DNA of 64,000 bases from NCBI GenBank assembly GCA_945882215.1, contig CAMCWM010000007.1, positions 992-64,991 of the forward strand, read 5' to 3'. Origin of the DNA: Akkermansia muciniphila. Its GTDB lineage: Bacteria > Verrucomicrobiota > Verrucomicrobiia > Verrucomicrobiales > Verrucomicrobiaceae. Shown here piece by piece: positions 11,623 through 22,247 of this stretch; positions within the stretch are counted from its first letter, which is position 1, and every line of letters starts with the position of its first letter. A model generated the notes under the pieces. The model made no database searches. It had not been told where the DNA came from and saw nothing but the letters and a program-made list of their open reading frames with translations. The translations under genes and the position numbers were made by a program.

Positions 11623-13491
11623 ATGTCCCTGCTTTCTCGCCTTTGCCTTTCCTGCCTATGTCTGGCCTCGATTTCGTCTGCCATTGCCGCCGTGGTGCGG
11701 GTGGAAGTGTCTGAGCGTTCGGATCTTGGCAAGACAGGCTATGAACAGATCATCGGGAAGCTGCATTTCGAGATCGATCCGAAGTTGTCGGGCAATGCAA
11801 TCATCGCGGATGTCGATCTGGCTCCGGTGAATGCGGCGGGCAAAGTGAGCTTTGTGGCCGATTTGAGGCTGTGGAAGCCGAAAGACGACTCACGCAGCAA
11901 TGGCGCGGCGTGGGTGGAGATTCCGAATCGCGGTGGCAAATCGAGCCTGCCAGCCTCGATGATGGCGCAGGGCTTCACGATGCTGAATGTCGGCTGGGAG
12001 TTCGATGTCTCTGCCGATAAACTGCGCCTGGAGGTGCCCAAGGCGCGAAACAAGGACGGCAGCCCAATTCGCGGCGTGGTGAGCGCCTTCTTCACGCCTG
12101 ACAAACGCGCTGATGAGCAGACGCTCACCGATTTGACCGATTATCCGCCGGTGGATATCGAAGGGGCCGACAGTCGGCTCATCGTGCGAGATCGCGCCGC
12201 CTTCCCCGGTGGCCAGGAAGTGCCGCGAAAGCAGTGGAGCATCCAAAATGGCCGAATCAGCCTCGAAGGTGGGTTTGAGCCGGGGAAGACTTATGAAGTG
12301 TTTTATCTGGCCGAAGGACCGCCTGTCGCGGGACTCGGCTATGCGGCCATTCGCGATGCGGTGGCTTGGTTGAAACATGGTGCTGGAACGCTGGCACCGG
12401 TGAAGCATGCGTATGCGTTTGGTTCCTCTCAATGCGGACGCTTCCTGCGCGACTTCCTTTATCTGGGCTTCAATACGGACGAGCAAGACCATCAAGCTCT
12501 CGATGGCGTGATGTCGCATGTCGCCGGAGCGGGGCGTTTGGTGCTGAATCAGCGCTGGTCCACTCCTCGTGCTGTGGCGGGCTATTACACGGCCTCCTAT
12601 CCGTTTGCCGACACCGCGCAAAAAGACCCGGTGAGTGGTCATGCGGAGGGAATTTTGGCAAACGCCCGCGTGAAGCACGCGCCAAAGATCTTTTACACGA
12701 ACATGGCGGCGGAATACTGGGGTGCGGGACGTGTCGCGGCGCTCTCGCACACGACGCCGGATGGCGCGAAGGACATCGATCTGCCGGAAAACGTGCGCTC
12801 CTATTTCTTTGCGGGCACCTCGCATGGCCCGGCACCCTTTCCGCCGACCTCGCAGGTCAAAGGCTCGCCACTGGCGAATCCAGTCAGTGCGAATGCCTCC
12901 ATCATCGCGCTGCGACTCGCGCTGCATCGTTGGGTCACGGAAGGCATCGAACCACCGGCGAGCGTGCATCCGAAACTCAGCGACGGCACGCTGACGCCGG
13001 TCGCTGAAGTGCGCTTTCCCAAAGTGCCCGGCATGGCTGCGCCAAATGCGGTGAAGGCCGGTGGTCGCGTGCGCAATCCACAGTTGGCCGATGGCGGGGG
13101 CGAAGGCACCGAACTGCCGCTGCTAGTTCCTCAAGTCGATGCGGATGGCAATGATCTCGGTGGCATTCGCATGCCCGACATCGCGGTGCCGCTGGGCACG
13201 GCCACGGGCTGGGTGTTTCGCCCGGCCGAGTTTGGATCACAGCAGGACTTCTACCTGCTGCGTGGCGCGTGGGTTCCTTTTGCCACGACGAAGGCACGTC
13301 GCGCTGAGACGAAGGATCCGCGTCCATCGCTGGAAGAGCGCTATGCGTCCAAAGAAGAGTATCAGGCCAGGGTGAAAGCAGTCGTGCTGAAGCTCATCGA
13401 GCAACGCCTCATGGCCGAATCCGATCTCGAATCCCAACTCAAGCAAGCCGCCGCTCGCTGGGATTGGGTGATGCGTCCTTCCGCTCCGTAA
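11623..13491 (+). CDS. Exported protein, probably of the family annotated as alpha/beta hydrolase domain-containing (function unknown)
   Basis: It has a signal peptide. The N-terminal block VRVEVSERSDLGKTGYEQIIGKLHFEIDPK..DLAPVNAAGKVSFVADLRLWKP..WVEIPNRGGK resembles that family as I remember it. This is a recollection only. Confidence 0.65.
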   Translation: MSLLSRLCLSCLCLASISSAIAAVVRVEVSERSDLGKTGYEQIIGKLHFEIDPKLSGNAIIADVDLAPVNAAGKVSFVADLRLWKPKDDSRSNGAAWVEIPNRGGKSSLPASMMAQGFTMLNVGWEFDVSADKLRLEVPKARNKDGSPIRGVVSAFFTPDKRADEQTLTDLTDYPPVDIEGADSRLIVRDRAAFPGGQEVPRKQWSIQNGRISLEGGFEPGKTYEVFYLAEGPPVAGLGYAAIRDAVAWLKHGAGTLAPVKHAYAFGSSQCGRFLRDFLYLGFNTDEQDHQALDGVMSHVAGAGRLVLNQRWSTPRAVAGYYTASYPFADTAQKDPVSGHAEGILANARVKHAPKIFYTNMAAEYWGAGRVAALSHTTPDGAKDIDLPENVRSYFFAGTSHGPAPFPPTSQVKGSPLANPVSANASIIALRLALHRWVTEGIEPPASVHPKLSDGTLTPVAEVRFPKVPGMAAPNAVKAGGRVRNPQLADGGGEGTELPLLVPQVDADGNDLGGIRMPDIAVPLGTATGWVFRPAEFGSQQDFYLLRGAWVPFATTKARRAETKDPRPSLEERYASKEEYQARVKAVVLKLIEQRLMAESDLESQLKQAAARWDWVMRPSAP

Positions 13492-13511
13492 ACATCCACC
13501 CGACCTCACTT

Positions 13512-14195
13512 ATGACACGCTCACGCTTCCATCATCTCCTGTTCGCTCTCGTTTGCCTGGGCTCCGCCGTTCAAGCCTCCGCTCAGAGCAGCTATCACAA
13601 AGTCCTCTTCCTCGGCAACAGCATCACCAAGCATGGTCCGAAGGCCGACATCGACTGGTCGGGCAACTGGGGCATGGCGGCCAGCACCGAGGCGAAAGAC
13701 TATGTGTATCTCGTCACGAAGGCCCTTACCGAGAAACAAGGCACCGCGCCCGAGGTGCTGGTGAAAAACATCGCTGACTTTGAGCGGGCGTATGTGGGCT
13801 ACGACATCGCCACGAAGCTCAAGGAGGCCGTCGATTTCCAAGCGGACCTCATCATCCTCGCCATCGGCGAAAACGTGCCCGGATTGAAGACGCCCGAAGA
13901 CAAGGCGAAGCTCCAGGAGAGCGTCACAAAGCTGCTCACCACGCTGAAAGGTGATCGCAAGCCCACGATCCTCGTGCGCAGTTGCTTCTGGGCGAATGCC
14001 GCCAAGGACGAGGCGCTTCGCGGAGCCTGCGCCGCTGTGAATGGCATCCATGTGGACATCAGCGCCCTCAGCAAAGACGAGAAGAACTACGCCCGCTCTG
14101 AGCGCCCCTTCAAACATGCCGGCGTCGCGAATCATCCTGGCGATCAGGGCATGGCGGCCATCGCGGAGGCACTGGTGAAAGCTTTGGCAAAGTAG
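13512..14195 (+). CDS. Exported SGNH/GDSL-family hydrolase
   Basis: The signal is MTRSRFHHLLFALVCLGSAVQASA, followed by VLFLGNSITKHGP, ILAIGENV and ANHPGDQGM. The start was trimmed from 13464. Confidence 0.78.
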   Translation: MTRSRFHHLLFALVCLGSAVQASAQSSYHKVLFLGNSITKHGPKADIDWSGNWGMAASTEAKDYVYLVTKALTEKQGTAPEVLVKNIADFERAYVGYDIATKLKEAVDFQADLIILAIGENVPGLKTPEDKAKLQESVTKLLTTLKGDRKPTILVRSCFWANAAKDEALRGACAAVNGIHVDISALSKDEKNYARSERPFKHAGVANHPGDQGMAAIAEALVKALAK

Positions 14196-14262
14196 TCAAA
14201 GTGGAAGTGGAGTTTGAGACTGGAAGAAGCTGTCTCAGCAGATCGTTTCGTGTTCATCCACC

Positions 14263-14871
14263 ATGCTCCGCCTCATTCTGCCACTGCTGCTTGTCACAAC
14301 CACGTTCGCCCAGACCGCCGACCCGGCACCGCTCGTCGAAAAAGCCCTCACCGCCATCGGCGGAAAGGAAAAGCTGCTCAAAAACTTCCGCATCAAAGAA
14401 GTCTTCCACTTCGGCAGCACACCGGAACCTGCCGAGGGCAAAAAGCGCAGTACACGCGAGTCCATCCTCTCCCAGCCGGACAAATGGTGGATCAACAAGA
14501 AGGAGCGCGGCACCGAGCCGGCCAAGGACGACGTGCGCGCCTGGTCGCTCGACCTGCTCGTCGATGAAAAGTCGAAAATCGAGGTCATCCCTGATCTCAC
14601 CGACGAGGGCAAAAACTGCTTCGGCCTCCAAGTCAGCGGCAGCGTCGATCCCGCGATGAAATTCTACTTCGATAAGGAGACGAGCCTCCTACATCGCCTC
14701 GAATGGCGTGGTGACTTCTACCGCTTCAGCGACTGGAAAGAGCACGACGGCCTCAAATTCGCCAGCAAGACGATCATCTTCAAAACAAAGGACAATAAGC
14801 CGTGGTTCTTCCACGAAGTCACCGAACTCGAACGCCTCGCCAATCTGCCCGAAGGCCTCGCGAAGCCATGA
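14263..14871 (+). CDS. Exported hypothetical protein
   Basis: The signal is MLRLILPLLLVTTTFAQT. The composition looks coding, and its stop overlaps the next start as ATGA. Confidence 0.6.
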   Translation: MLRLILPLLLVTTTFAQTADPAPLVEKALTAIGGKEKLLKNFRIKEVFHFGSTPEPAEGKKRSTRESILSQPDKWWINKKERGTEPAKDDVRAWSLDLLVDEKSKIEVIPDLTDEGKNCFGLQVSGSVDPAMKFYFDKETSLLHRLEWRGDFYRFSDWKEHDGLKFASKTIIFKTKDNKPWFFHEVTELERLANLPEGLAKP

Positions 14872-15917
14872 GAACGCTGCTGTTCCTGCTCTTCGGCAGT
14901 TTGGCCGCCGCCGATGAAATCATCGTGCGTGATGGAGATTCGTTGCGCACCGCTTCGCGCGATCTCAAACCCGGCACCACGCTCAAAATCGCCCCCGGCG
15001 ACTATCCCGGCGGTCACTCAGTCAGTGGAGTCCAAAAGCTCACCATCGAAGCCCTGGATGCGAAAAATCCGCCGCATTTCAAAGGCGGCGGCAACGCGTG
15101 GCATTTCTCCCGTTGTAACGACCTGACTCTGCGCAACCTTCGCGTCTGCGGCCAGACCGGCAACGGCCTCAACCTCGACGACGGCGGTGATCTGGCGAAT
15201 CCCACCACCGGCATCACGATTGAGCACGTTGAAATCAGCGACATCGGTCCCAAGGGCAATCACGACGGCATCAAGTGCTCCGGCCTCGACAAGCTGACGA
15301 TCCGCGATTGCACGATCACCGGCTGGGGTGGCCAGGGCATCGACTTCGTCGGTTGCCATCACTCGCTGATCACCGGCTGCCGTTTCATCGGCAAGGAAGG
15401 CTTCACCGCCAGCGCTGGCATTCAGCTCAAAGGCGGCACGAGCGATGTCACCGTCGAAAAATGCCATTTCACCAACGCTGGCGAGCGTCCCATCAATGTC
15501 GGCGGCTCCACCGGCCTGCCCTACTTTCGCCCGCAAGGCGCAAAATACGAGGCGACTCGTATCACCGCCCGCAACAACATCATCGAAGGCAGTTTATGCA
15601 CGGCGGCATTTGTCGGCGTTGATGGCGCGGAGTTCAGCGGCAACACGATCCTGTTTCCGACGAAGTGGATCTTCCGCATCCTCCAGGAGACAAAGGAGCC
15701 CGGCTTCGCCCTCTGCCGCAACGTGCTCATCAAAAATAACACGATCGTCTTTCGCCGCGCTCAGGTGCAGATCGACATCAACATCGGTGACGGCACCGCC
15801 CCCGAAACCTTCCGCTTCGAGAACAACCACTGGTTTGCCGAGGACAAACCACAAGCGTCAAAGCCCAGGCTGCCGGTGGAGGAAAAGGATGGCATTTACG
15901 GCGTTGATCCGCGTTAG
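14868..15917 (+). CDS. Exported right-handed parallel beta-helix repeat protein
   Basis: The signal is MRTLLFLLFGSLAAA. Repetitive G/N/D-rich turns are visible (GNGLNLDDGG, GNHDGIKCSG, ITGWGGQGIDFVGC, GIQLKGGTSDV). The start was trimmed from 14802. Confidence 0.72.
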   Translation: MRTLLFLLFGSLAAADEIIVRDGDSLRTASRDLKPGTTLKIAPGDYPGGHSVSGVQKLTIEALDAKNPPHFKGGGNAWHFSRCNDLTLRNLRVCGQTGNGLNLDDGGDLANPTTGITIEHVEISDIGPKGNHDGIKCSGLDKLTIRDCTITGWGGQGIDFVGCHHSLITGCRFIGKEGFTASAGIQLKGGTSDVTVEKCHFTNAGERPINVGGSTGLPYFRPQGAKYEATRITARNNIIEGSLCTAAFVGVDGAEFSGNTILFPTKWIFRILQETKEPGFALCRNVLIKNNTIVFRRAQVQIDINIGDGTAPETFRFENNHWFAEDKPQASKPRLPVEEKDGIYGVDPR

Positions 15918-15949
15918 GGACACGCGAGGCAGAGCGTTGGTTCTGCACC

Positions 15950-17185
15950 ATGCACTTCCGATCCATCGCGTCGTTCTCGCTGCTGCTCCTCACGCCCGCC
16001 TTAGCCCAGACCAAGCTCCAAAAAGCCGACGTCACCCTCACGCCGCCGAAGAACCTCAAAACGAAGCTCCCGCCCGGCTACACCATTCCCATCGTGGACA
16101 TCAGCGGCGAGACGCAACGCCAGGTGATCGTGGATCGCGAGAAGGGACAGTATCTTGGCCATCCGACGACGGTGCTGCTCGAAGACAACAAGACCATGCT
16201 CACTGTCTATCCGAAAGGCCACGGACGCGGAGCCATCGTTTACAAACGCAGTAACGACACCGGACTGACCTGGAGCGATCGTCTGCCCACGCCAAAATCG
16301 TGGGAGACATCGCTGGAGGTGCCCACGCTGCACCGCACGGTCGATGCGAGCGGCAAAAAGCGCCTCATCATGTTCAGCGGCCTCTATCCCATCCGCATGG
16401 CCGTCACCGATGACGATGGCGCAAACTGGAGCGAGCTGAAATCCATCGGCGACTTCGGTGGCGTGGTCACGATGAGCACGGTGATCGGCTTGCAGACACC
16501 GGGGCACTACCTCGCCTTCTTCCATGACGACGGTCGCTTCATCCGTGGCGGAGAGGTCGAAAAATACCGCATCAAAAGCCCACATGTGCCGGATTACTCG
16601 TCCTCGACGGCCAAACCGTGGCGCTTTTGGGTTTACACCACGCTTTCCAAAGACGGTGGCCTCACCTGGAGTGTGCCCGCGCCTATCGCCATGCTTCCCG
16701 ACGCGAATCTTTGCGAACCCGGCGCTCTCCGCTCGCCGGATGGCAAACAAATCGCCGTGCTGCTGCGTGAGAACAGCCGGAAGTACAATTCCTTCGTCAT
16801 CTTCTCCAACGACGAGGGTCTGAGCTGGAGCGAGCCGAAGGAACTGCCCGCCGCGCTCACCGGCGACCGCCATGTTGCCAAGTATGCGCCCGATGGGCGC
16901 CTGTTCATCAGTTTCCGTGACACCACGCACGTCAGCCCAACGAAGGGCGACTGGGTCGGCTGGGTGGGCAAATACGATGACATCGTGAACGGCACCGAAG
17001 GCCAGTATCGCGTCCGCATCATGGACAACACCAAAGGCCAGGACACCACCTACCCAGGAGTCGAACTGCTCCCTGACGGCACCATCGTCACCACGACTTA
17101 CGGCCACTGGACCGAGGGTGAAGAAGCCTATGTCGTCAGCGTTCGCTTCAAACTGGAGGAGCTCGATGCCAAACTTCAAAAGTAA
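15950..17185 (+). CDS. Exported BNR/Asp-box repeat sialidase-fold glycosidase
   Basis: It has a signal peptide and four Asp boxes: SNDTGLTW, TDDDGANW, SKDGGLTW and SNDEGLSW. Confidence 0.85.
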   Translation: MHFRSIASFSLLLLTPALAQTKLQKADVTLTPPKNLKTKLPPGYTIPIVDISGETQRQVIVDREKGQYLGHPTTVLLEDNKTMLTVYPKGHGRGAIVYKRSNDTGLTWSDRLPTPKSWETSLEVPTLHRTVDASGKKRLIMFSGLYPIRMAVTDDDGANWSELKSIGDFGGVVTMSTVIGLQTPGHYLAFFHDDGRFIRGGEVEKYRIKSPHVPDYSSSTAKPWRFWVYTTLSKDGGLTWSVPAPIAMLPDANLCEPGALRSPDGKQIAVLLRENSRKYNSFVIFSNDEGLSWSEPKELPAALTGDRHVAKYAPDGRLFISFRDTTHVSPTKGDWVGWVGKYDDIVNGTEGQYRVRIMDNTKGQDTTYPGVELLPDGTIVTTTYGHWTEGEEAYVVSVRFKLEELDAKLQK

Positions 17186-18185
17186 CCGCCGCAGCTTCCT
17201 CGCCGGGCTGCCCGCCATTGGTTGGATCGCGGCTCATGCCGCCGAGGAGCAGCCGCTTCAAAATATTGTCTTCGGTTCCTGTCTCGACACGCATGAGCAC
17301 CCGATGCTCGACCTCACGCTGACCCTGCCGCGTGATCTGTTCATCTTCATGGGCGACAACATCTATGCCGACAAAGGAGGCATCCCGATGATGCAGGAAA
17401 AATACGCGCTGCTGAAAAACAGCCGCTTCTTCCTTGGATTGAAGAACAAGCCCATCCTCGCCACATGGGACGATCACGATTTCGGCCTCAACGACGGCGG
17501 AGCCGAGTATGCGCAGAAAAAAGAGGCGCAGGCCGAGTTTTGGAACTGGCTCGACGAACCGGCCGATTCACCGCGACGCAAACAGGAGGGCGTTTATCAC
17601 GCGCAGAGCTTTGGGCCGGTTGGAAAGCGTGTGCAGGTCATCATGCTCGACACGCGCTACTTCCGCAGCCCACTCAAGAAGGTCCCGAAGGAAAAAGCGA
17701 TGCTCGGCGGCACCTCGGCGCCCACGGATGATGAAACCACCACCATCCTCGGCGCGGCGCAATGGCGCTGGCTCGAAAGAGCCCTGGAGGAACCTGCGGA
17801 GCTACGCGTCATCGTCTCCAGCATCCAGTTTGCCCCCGAAGCGCACGGCGGTGAGTGCTGGGCGAATTTCCCGCACGAGCAGCGGCGCATGCTGAAGCTG
17901 CTCAACGGCCACAAAGCCGTGGTATTGAGCGGCGACCGGCACTGGTGCGAGTTTTCACACCACGGCGTCTTCGACTTCACCTCCAGCTCAATGACGCAGA
18001 AGCACCCACGCGGCACACCCACGCTCAACAAGCACCGCATTGCGCCCAAAACCTATCATCTGCCGAATGTTGGGCATCTCCACATCGACTGGGTTGCGGC
18101 GACGATCACTGTGAAAATCATCGGCGAGGATGGTGGCATGGAAATCGACCGGCAGGTGAGTTTCAGCGAGCTTCGGCAGGTTTGA
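17166..18185 (+). CDS. PhoD-like metallophosphatase, Tat-type signal
   Basis: MPNFKSNRRSFLAGLPAIG..FGSC..FIFMGDNIYAD..WDDHDFGLNDGG..VLSGDRHW. The start was trimmed from 17118. Confidence 0.8.
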   Translation: MPNFKSNRRSFLAGLPAIGWIAAHAAEEQPLQNIVFGSCLDTHEHPMLDLTLTLPRDLFIFMGDNIYADKGGIPMMQEKYALLKNSRFFLGLKNKPILATWDDHDFGLNDGGAEYAQKKEAQAEFWNWLDEPADSPRRKQEGVYHAQSFGPVGKRVQVIMLDTRYFRSPLKKVPKEKAMLGGTSAPTDDETTTILGAAQWRWLERALEEPAELRVIVSSIQFAPEAHGGECWANFPHEQRRMLKLLNGHKAVVLSGDRHWCEFSHHGVFDFTSSSMTQKHPRGTPTLNKHRIAPKTYHLPNVGHLHIDWVAATITVKIIGEDGGMEIDRQVSFSELRQV

Positions 18186-20895
18186 GGCGCACCTCCCACG
18201 CAGGCGGCAGGTCCTTCGATTCCGGTCCATACGTCTGCGAGACGACGAATCCGCTCGCCTGCGAAGTGTAAAAGATGCGGCCATTGCTCACCACGGCTCC
18301 TAAGCACTCGCGTGAATCAATCGCGGGGCCGGTGGAGACGAGTTTGCCATCCTGGCTGAGGTCGATCATGTCCATGTTCGCGCCGAGCACATACGGCTCG
18401 CTCATGGTGAAGCGGCAGCAGGCGTAGTTGGTGAGAATGCTGAAGGTCACCTTGCCGGTTTCGCGGTCGAAGATGTTGCCTTTGCCACGCAGGGCGTTGG
18501 AGAACATGAAACGCTCGCCCACACTGACGACGTTGAGCGCAGAGGTCACGGCGTCGGATTTCCAGACGAGCTTGCCGGTGTTCGCATCAAGGCACCAGAC
18601 GAAGCGGTCGTCGGTGCCCTGCTGCGCGCGGTTGAAGCCGCCGATGTAGAGTTTGCCATCACGCGCGCTGAGCGTGCATTTGGCGGTGACGTAGTAGTCG
18701 TTGGTCTGCCAGAGGATGTTTCCCGTCTTGGGGTCGATGCAGCAGGTGAGGCCGTTGTTCTTCACGGGAAGGCCGCGCCGGGCGCGCTGATCGGCGTCGT
18801 AGCCGAAGAAGACGCTGTAGTAGAGCTTGCCGTCGAGGATGCAGATGCCGCAGTCGTTGCCGCCGCGACCCTGGTCATAAAAATCCTTCTCCCACACGAC
18901 CTTGCCCGTTTCCAAATCCCAGGCCCACACGCGCGGGTGATGGTTCTTCGGGTAATACGGATTGTCGTTCGAGTAGATGAAGCTCATCACCTCGCTGCCG
19001 TCCGCAGGTTTCACCGGCTCGCCGCCGAAGGTGTAGGGCTTCTCGCTTCCTTGCGGCGCGTAATCGCCGGAGCCGCTCGCATAGATGGCGATCTTGCCCG
19101 CGACGACCGGCGGGAACTGCCGACTCCAGCTTGGGCTGCCGGTAAAGGGCGCTTCCCACAGCATGTTGCCCGTGGCGGCATCCAGGCAGCGCACAAACGA
19201 CTTCTTCATGCCCGCTTGCGGAATCAGCAGCTTCCCCTCGATGTAGAGCGGCGAGGTGAAGCTCAAATACACATCCGGCCACCAGCGCCGCCACAGCAAG
19301 CGGCCGGTGTCCTGCTCCACCGCGATGATCTGCCCCTCCGCCGTATGCGTGTAGAGCCGTCCGCCGCCACAGACCGGCAGATGCTTCACCGTGCCTTCCA
19401 GACGCCGCGCCCAGCGCATGCGCAGCGGCGGCTTCAGATCCTGGTTGTTCGAGTTCTGGCCCGCGAAGTTGCCGTAGTTCGTGTACCAGTCGTATTTCGA
19501 GTCAGCGAGCTTGCCGGTGAGCGGGGAGCGGACTTTTGGAACATCATGGTTGTCAGAGATCGCGGAGGATTTCCCTTTGGGTCCATACACATAAATTTTT
19601 CCATCCTCACAGGGAGCAAAAACGCATCCATCTGCCACAGCAACTGGCGCGGTGAATGCCGCTTCAGTCGGCTGGTCATAAAAGTCGCCCCATGCCTTCC
19701 CGGAGATCGCTTTTATATGAAAATGGCCACTCAGGCCACCCACGATCAGATATTTCATTACAAGCACCGGCGGCGCAATAAATCCCCCTTTGTATTCCAA
19801 GACGTCATTGGTATGAGATACGACATCATGAAGCATCAAGCCGCGTCCTTGTTCCGGTCGTGAGCGATAAACATACTTCCCACGAATCGCCACCGGCGAA
19901 AAGCTCAACAAACCATCCATGCGGATGTTCGTGTCGGTGCCTGCGACGAAGTCGCCGGTTTTCAGCGTGTCGCCTTCGAGACGCATGATGTCCACGCGGC
20001 CTGCGTTGTCGCGGCGGTGCCATTGTACATAGACATTGCCCTCGTCATCGGCGCTTTGGCCGAAGGTGGCGGGATATTCTTTGCCGGACCACTCCGGGAT
20101 CTCACCCGTGGCCTTCAGCTTCGGCGCGGCACCCGTGTCTTCGAGGAACAGCGTCCGCCCGCCTGCGGGAATGACGACGACGTTGCCCTTGATGAGGCAG
20201 ATGTCGCGCGAGCACACGAAATGGTCCTTCCAGTTCACGCGACCATCGCTGGAAGTCGGCTTCGTGCCTGGTTTGAGCGTGGCAAGCATGCGTTTCTCAC
20301 AAAACGCGGCCCAGGACTCGCCGCTCCAGCGATTGCCATCAAAGCCGACGACTTCCTTCACGAAATCCCACTTCCACTGCTGCTCGCCTTCAAATGTGAG
20401 CGCCAGCACCTGCGCTCCGAGCGTGGCGACATACACACGGTCCTTCGCCACGACCGGTGTGCTGAAAATCGGTTCGCCGCAGTCGATCTCCTTGACCACC
20501 GCGCCCGTCTCGCGATCCAGCACATAGTAAAGGCCCGCCGTGGTGCCGAAGTGCAGGTATTTCCCCGCGATGGCGGGCGAGGAGACGTTGTTGACGTTCT
20601 GCTTGCCGCCCTTGCTTTGAAAGCGCCAGACCTCCTTCAGCGTCGCCGCGTCAAAACATGCCGCGCAGCCCGAACCATCGACGACATACACCTTGCCGCC
20701 CGCGACCACAGGCGAGGTGTAGATGCCGTCCGTCATCGCCACCGCACCTTGCAGGCCGAGTTTTTCGACATCCAGGTCGATCTGGGCCGCATTGCCGCTG
20801 TGCGCCGCGTTGAACATGAACTGCGGCCAGTCCTCGGCGAATGTGGGAACGGCAAGAGCGAGGCAAAGACAGGTGAAAATGCGATTCATGGCCAT
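18163..20895 (-). CDS. Exported PQQ-like (BamB-type) beta-propeller repeat protein, about 910 aa
   Basis: The signal is MAMNRIFTCLCLALAVPTFA followed by EDWPQFMFNAAHSGN. Recurrent G-KVYV / GKLYY propeller-blade motifs are visible. Its 3' end overlaps the converging PhoD-like gene by 23 nt. Confidence 0.8.
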   Translation of the reverse strand: MAMNRIFTCLCLALAVPTFAEDWPQFMFNAAHSGNAAQIDLDVEKLGLQGAVAMTDGIYTSPVVAGGKVYVVDGSGCAACFDAATLKEVWRFQSKGGKQNVNNVSSPAIAGKYLHFGTTAGLYYVLDRETGAVVKEIDCGEPIFSTPVVAKDRVYVATLGAQVLALTFEGEQQWKWDFVKEVVGFDGNRWSGESWAAFCEKRMLATLKPGTKPTSSDGRVNWKDHFVCSRDICLIKGNVVVIPAGGRTLFLEDTGAAPKLKATGEIPEWSGKEYPATFGQSADDEGNVYVQWHRRDNAGRVDIMRLEGDTLKTGDFVAGTDTNIRMDGLLSFSPVAIRGKYVYRSRPEQGRGLMLHDVVSHTNDVLEYKGGFIAPPVLVMKYLIVGGLSGHFHIKAISGKAWGDFYDQPTEAAFTAPVAVADGCVFAPCEDGKIYVYGPKGKSSAISDNHDVPKVRSPLTGKLADSKYDWYTNYGNFAGQNSNNQDLKPPLRMRWARRLEGTVKHLPVCGGGRLYTHTAEGQIIAVEQDTGRLLWRRWWPDVYLSFTSPLYIEGKLLIPQAGMKKSFVRCLDAATGNMLWEAPFTGSPSWSRQFPPVVAGKIAIYASGSGDYAPQGSEKPYTFGGEPVKPADGSEVMSFIYSNDNPYYPKNHHPRVWAWDLETGKVVWEKDFYDQGRGGNDCGICILDGKLYYSVFFGYDADQRARRGLPVKNNGLTCCIDPKTGNILWQTNDYYVTAKCTLSARDGKLYIGGFNRAQQGTDDRFVWCLDANTGKLVWKSDAVTSALNVVSVGERFMFSNALRGKGNIFDRETGKVTFSILTNYACCRFTMSEPYVLGANMDMIDLSQDGKLVSTGPAIDSRECLGAVVSNGRIFYTSQASGFVVSQTYGPESKDLPPAWEVRLKPAEAR

Positions 20896-20965
20896 TGAAT
20901 ACGAAATGCCGGGCTCGAACTCGCAACTTGAAGAATCTTCCTCCTCGCGGTGTTTTAGTCATCGC

Positions 20966-22201
20966 ATGACCAACCGCCGCCATTTCCTCTCCACCCTCGC
21001 TCTAGCTCCTCTTGCCGCTCGTGGTCAGGAAGCGCCGAAGTTCCCACCGACCCGCATCATCACGAAGGGGCCCGGCTTTCACTGGTTCGCCTACTATGAC
21101 AAGCTGCAGTTCTCGCCGGACAACCGCTTCGTGCTCAGCAACAAGGTGAACTTTGAGCATCGCTCCCCCACGGGCGACGACGTGATCGAGGTGGGCATGG
21201 TCGATTTGCAGGAGAAGGACAAGTGGATTCCGCTCGGCAAGTCGAATGCGTGGAACTGGCAGCAGGGCTGCATGCTGCAATGGATACCGGGCACCGAATC
21301 GAAAATCATCTGGAACGATCGCGAGAAGGATCGCTACGTCAGCCACATCATGGATGTCAAAACGGGCGAGAAGCACACGCTACCGGCTCCGATCTACGCT
21401 TTGAGTCCCAACGGCAAAGAAGCCGTGAGCTGTGATTTCTCACGCGTGGCGGACTGCCGGCCTGGATATGGCTACGCAGGCATTCGCGACCGGTTCTTCG
21501 ACGACATGGCTCCCAAAGGCAGCGGCGTGACTCATGTGAATCTGGAAACGGGCGCCGAGAAGCCCATCGTGAGCCATGAACTGCTCTCCAAGACGGGCGA
21601 AGTGATGGAAAACCACCCGACTTCGAAGCATCATGCTTATCACCTGCTCGTGGGGCCGGATGGGAAGCGCTTCATCATGCTGCACCGCTGGACGCAGCCG
21701 AAAGGCGGCCACCTTACCCGCCTCATCACCGCGAACATGGACGGCAGCGATCTGCGCATCGTGATCCCGAACGGCTACGCCTCTCATTTCATCTGGCGCG
21801 ATGCCACGCACATCCTCTCGCAGGCGAAGGACTGGCTCGGCAACAAGGAGTGGGGAGATTTCCTCTTTGAAGACAAGGACAGCGGCATCGTCGCCGAGAT
21901 CGGCCACGGCGTGCTCGATGGCAGCGGCCACCTCACCTATTTGAAGAACAACGAATGGATCCTCAACGATACCTATCCCAAAGGCGTGCGCCGCATCCAG
22001 ACGCCGCATCTCTATCACATCGCCACGAACCGCCGCATCGACCTCGGCTACTTCCCGCAGCCGCCGGAATACAAAGGAGAGTGGCGCGTGGACTGTCATC
22101 CGCGCAGCAGCCGCGATGAGAAGCTCGTCTGCATCGACGCCCCCGATGGTGCCAATGGCCGCCAGCTTCATCTCATCGACATCCAGGGGCTGATGGGGTG
22201 A
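20966..22201 (+). CDS. Exported hypothetical protein (Tat-like signal, probable beta-propeller)
   Basis: MTNRRHFLSTLALAPLAARG. The start was trimmed from 20723, because the extension would overlap the diverging PQQ gene. I recognised no family. Confidence 0.65.
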   Translation: MTNRRHFLSTLALAPLAARGQEAPKFPPTRIITKGPGFHWFAYYDKLQFSPDNRFVLSNKVNFEHRSPTGDDVIEVGMVDLQEKDKWIPLGKSNAWNWQQGCMLQWIPGTESKIIWNDREKDRYVSHIMDVKTGEKHTLPAPIYALSPNGKEAVSCDFSRVADCRPGYGYAGIRDRFFDDMAPKGSGVTHVNLETGAEKPIVSHELLSKTGEVMENHPTSKHHAYHLLVGPDGKRFIMLHRWTQPKGGHLTRLITANMDGSDLRIVIPNGYASHFIWRDATHILSQAKDWLGNKEWGDFLFEDKDSGIVAEIGHGVLDGSGHLTYLKNNEWILNDTYPKGVRRIQTPHLYHIATNRRIDLGYFPQPPEYKGEWRVDCHPRSSRDEKLVCIDAPDGANGRQLHLIDIQGLMG

Positions 22202-22247
22202 ACTCGCTCTACTCGCCGCAGCACGACCAACCGCAGATCCTCCACCC

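Noticed and set aside
18163-18185. Two convergent gene pairs each overlap by exactly 23 nt at their 3' ends (18163-18185 and 55897-55919). This might suggest a shared bidirectional element.
   Set aside because: The two 23-nt sequences (TCAGCGAGCTTCGGCAGGTTTGA and TCAACGCGAACCTGCTGGGATAG) share no similarity or hairpin potential. The equal length appears coincidental, and the 55897 end depends on a less certain CDS.
20911-20922. A tRNA T-loop-like string GGGCTCGAACTC in the divergent intergenic region at 20.9 kb.
   Set aside because: I tried to fold the surrounding 70 nt as a cloverleaf on either strand. The T-stem pairs only 3 of 5 positions, and no acceptor or anticodon stem forms, so this looks like a chance match.
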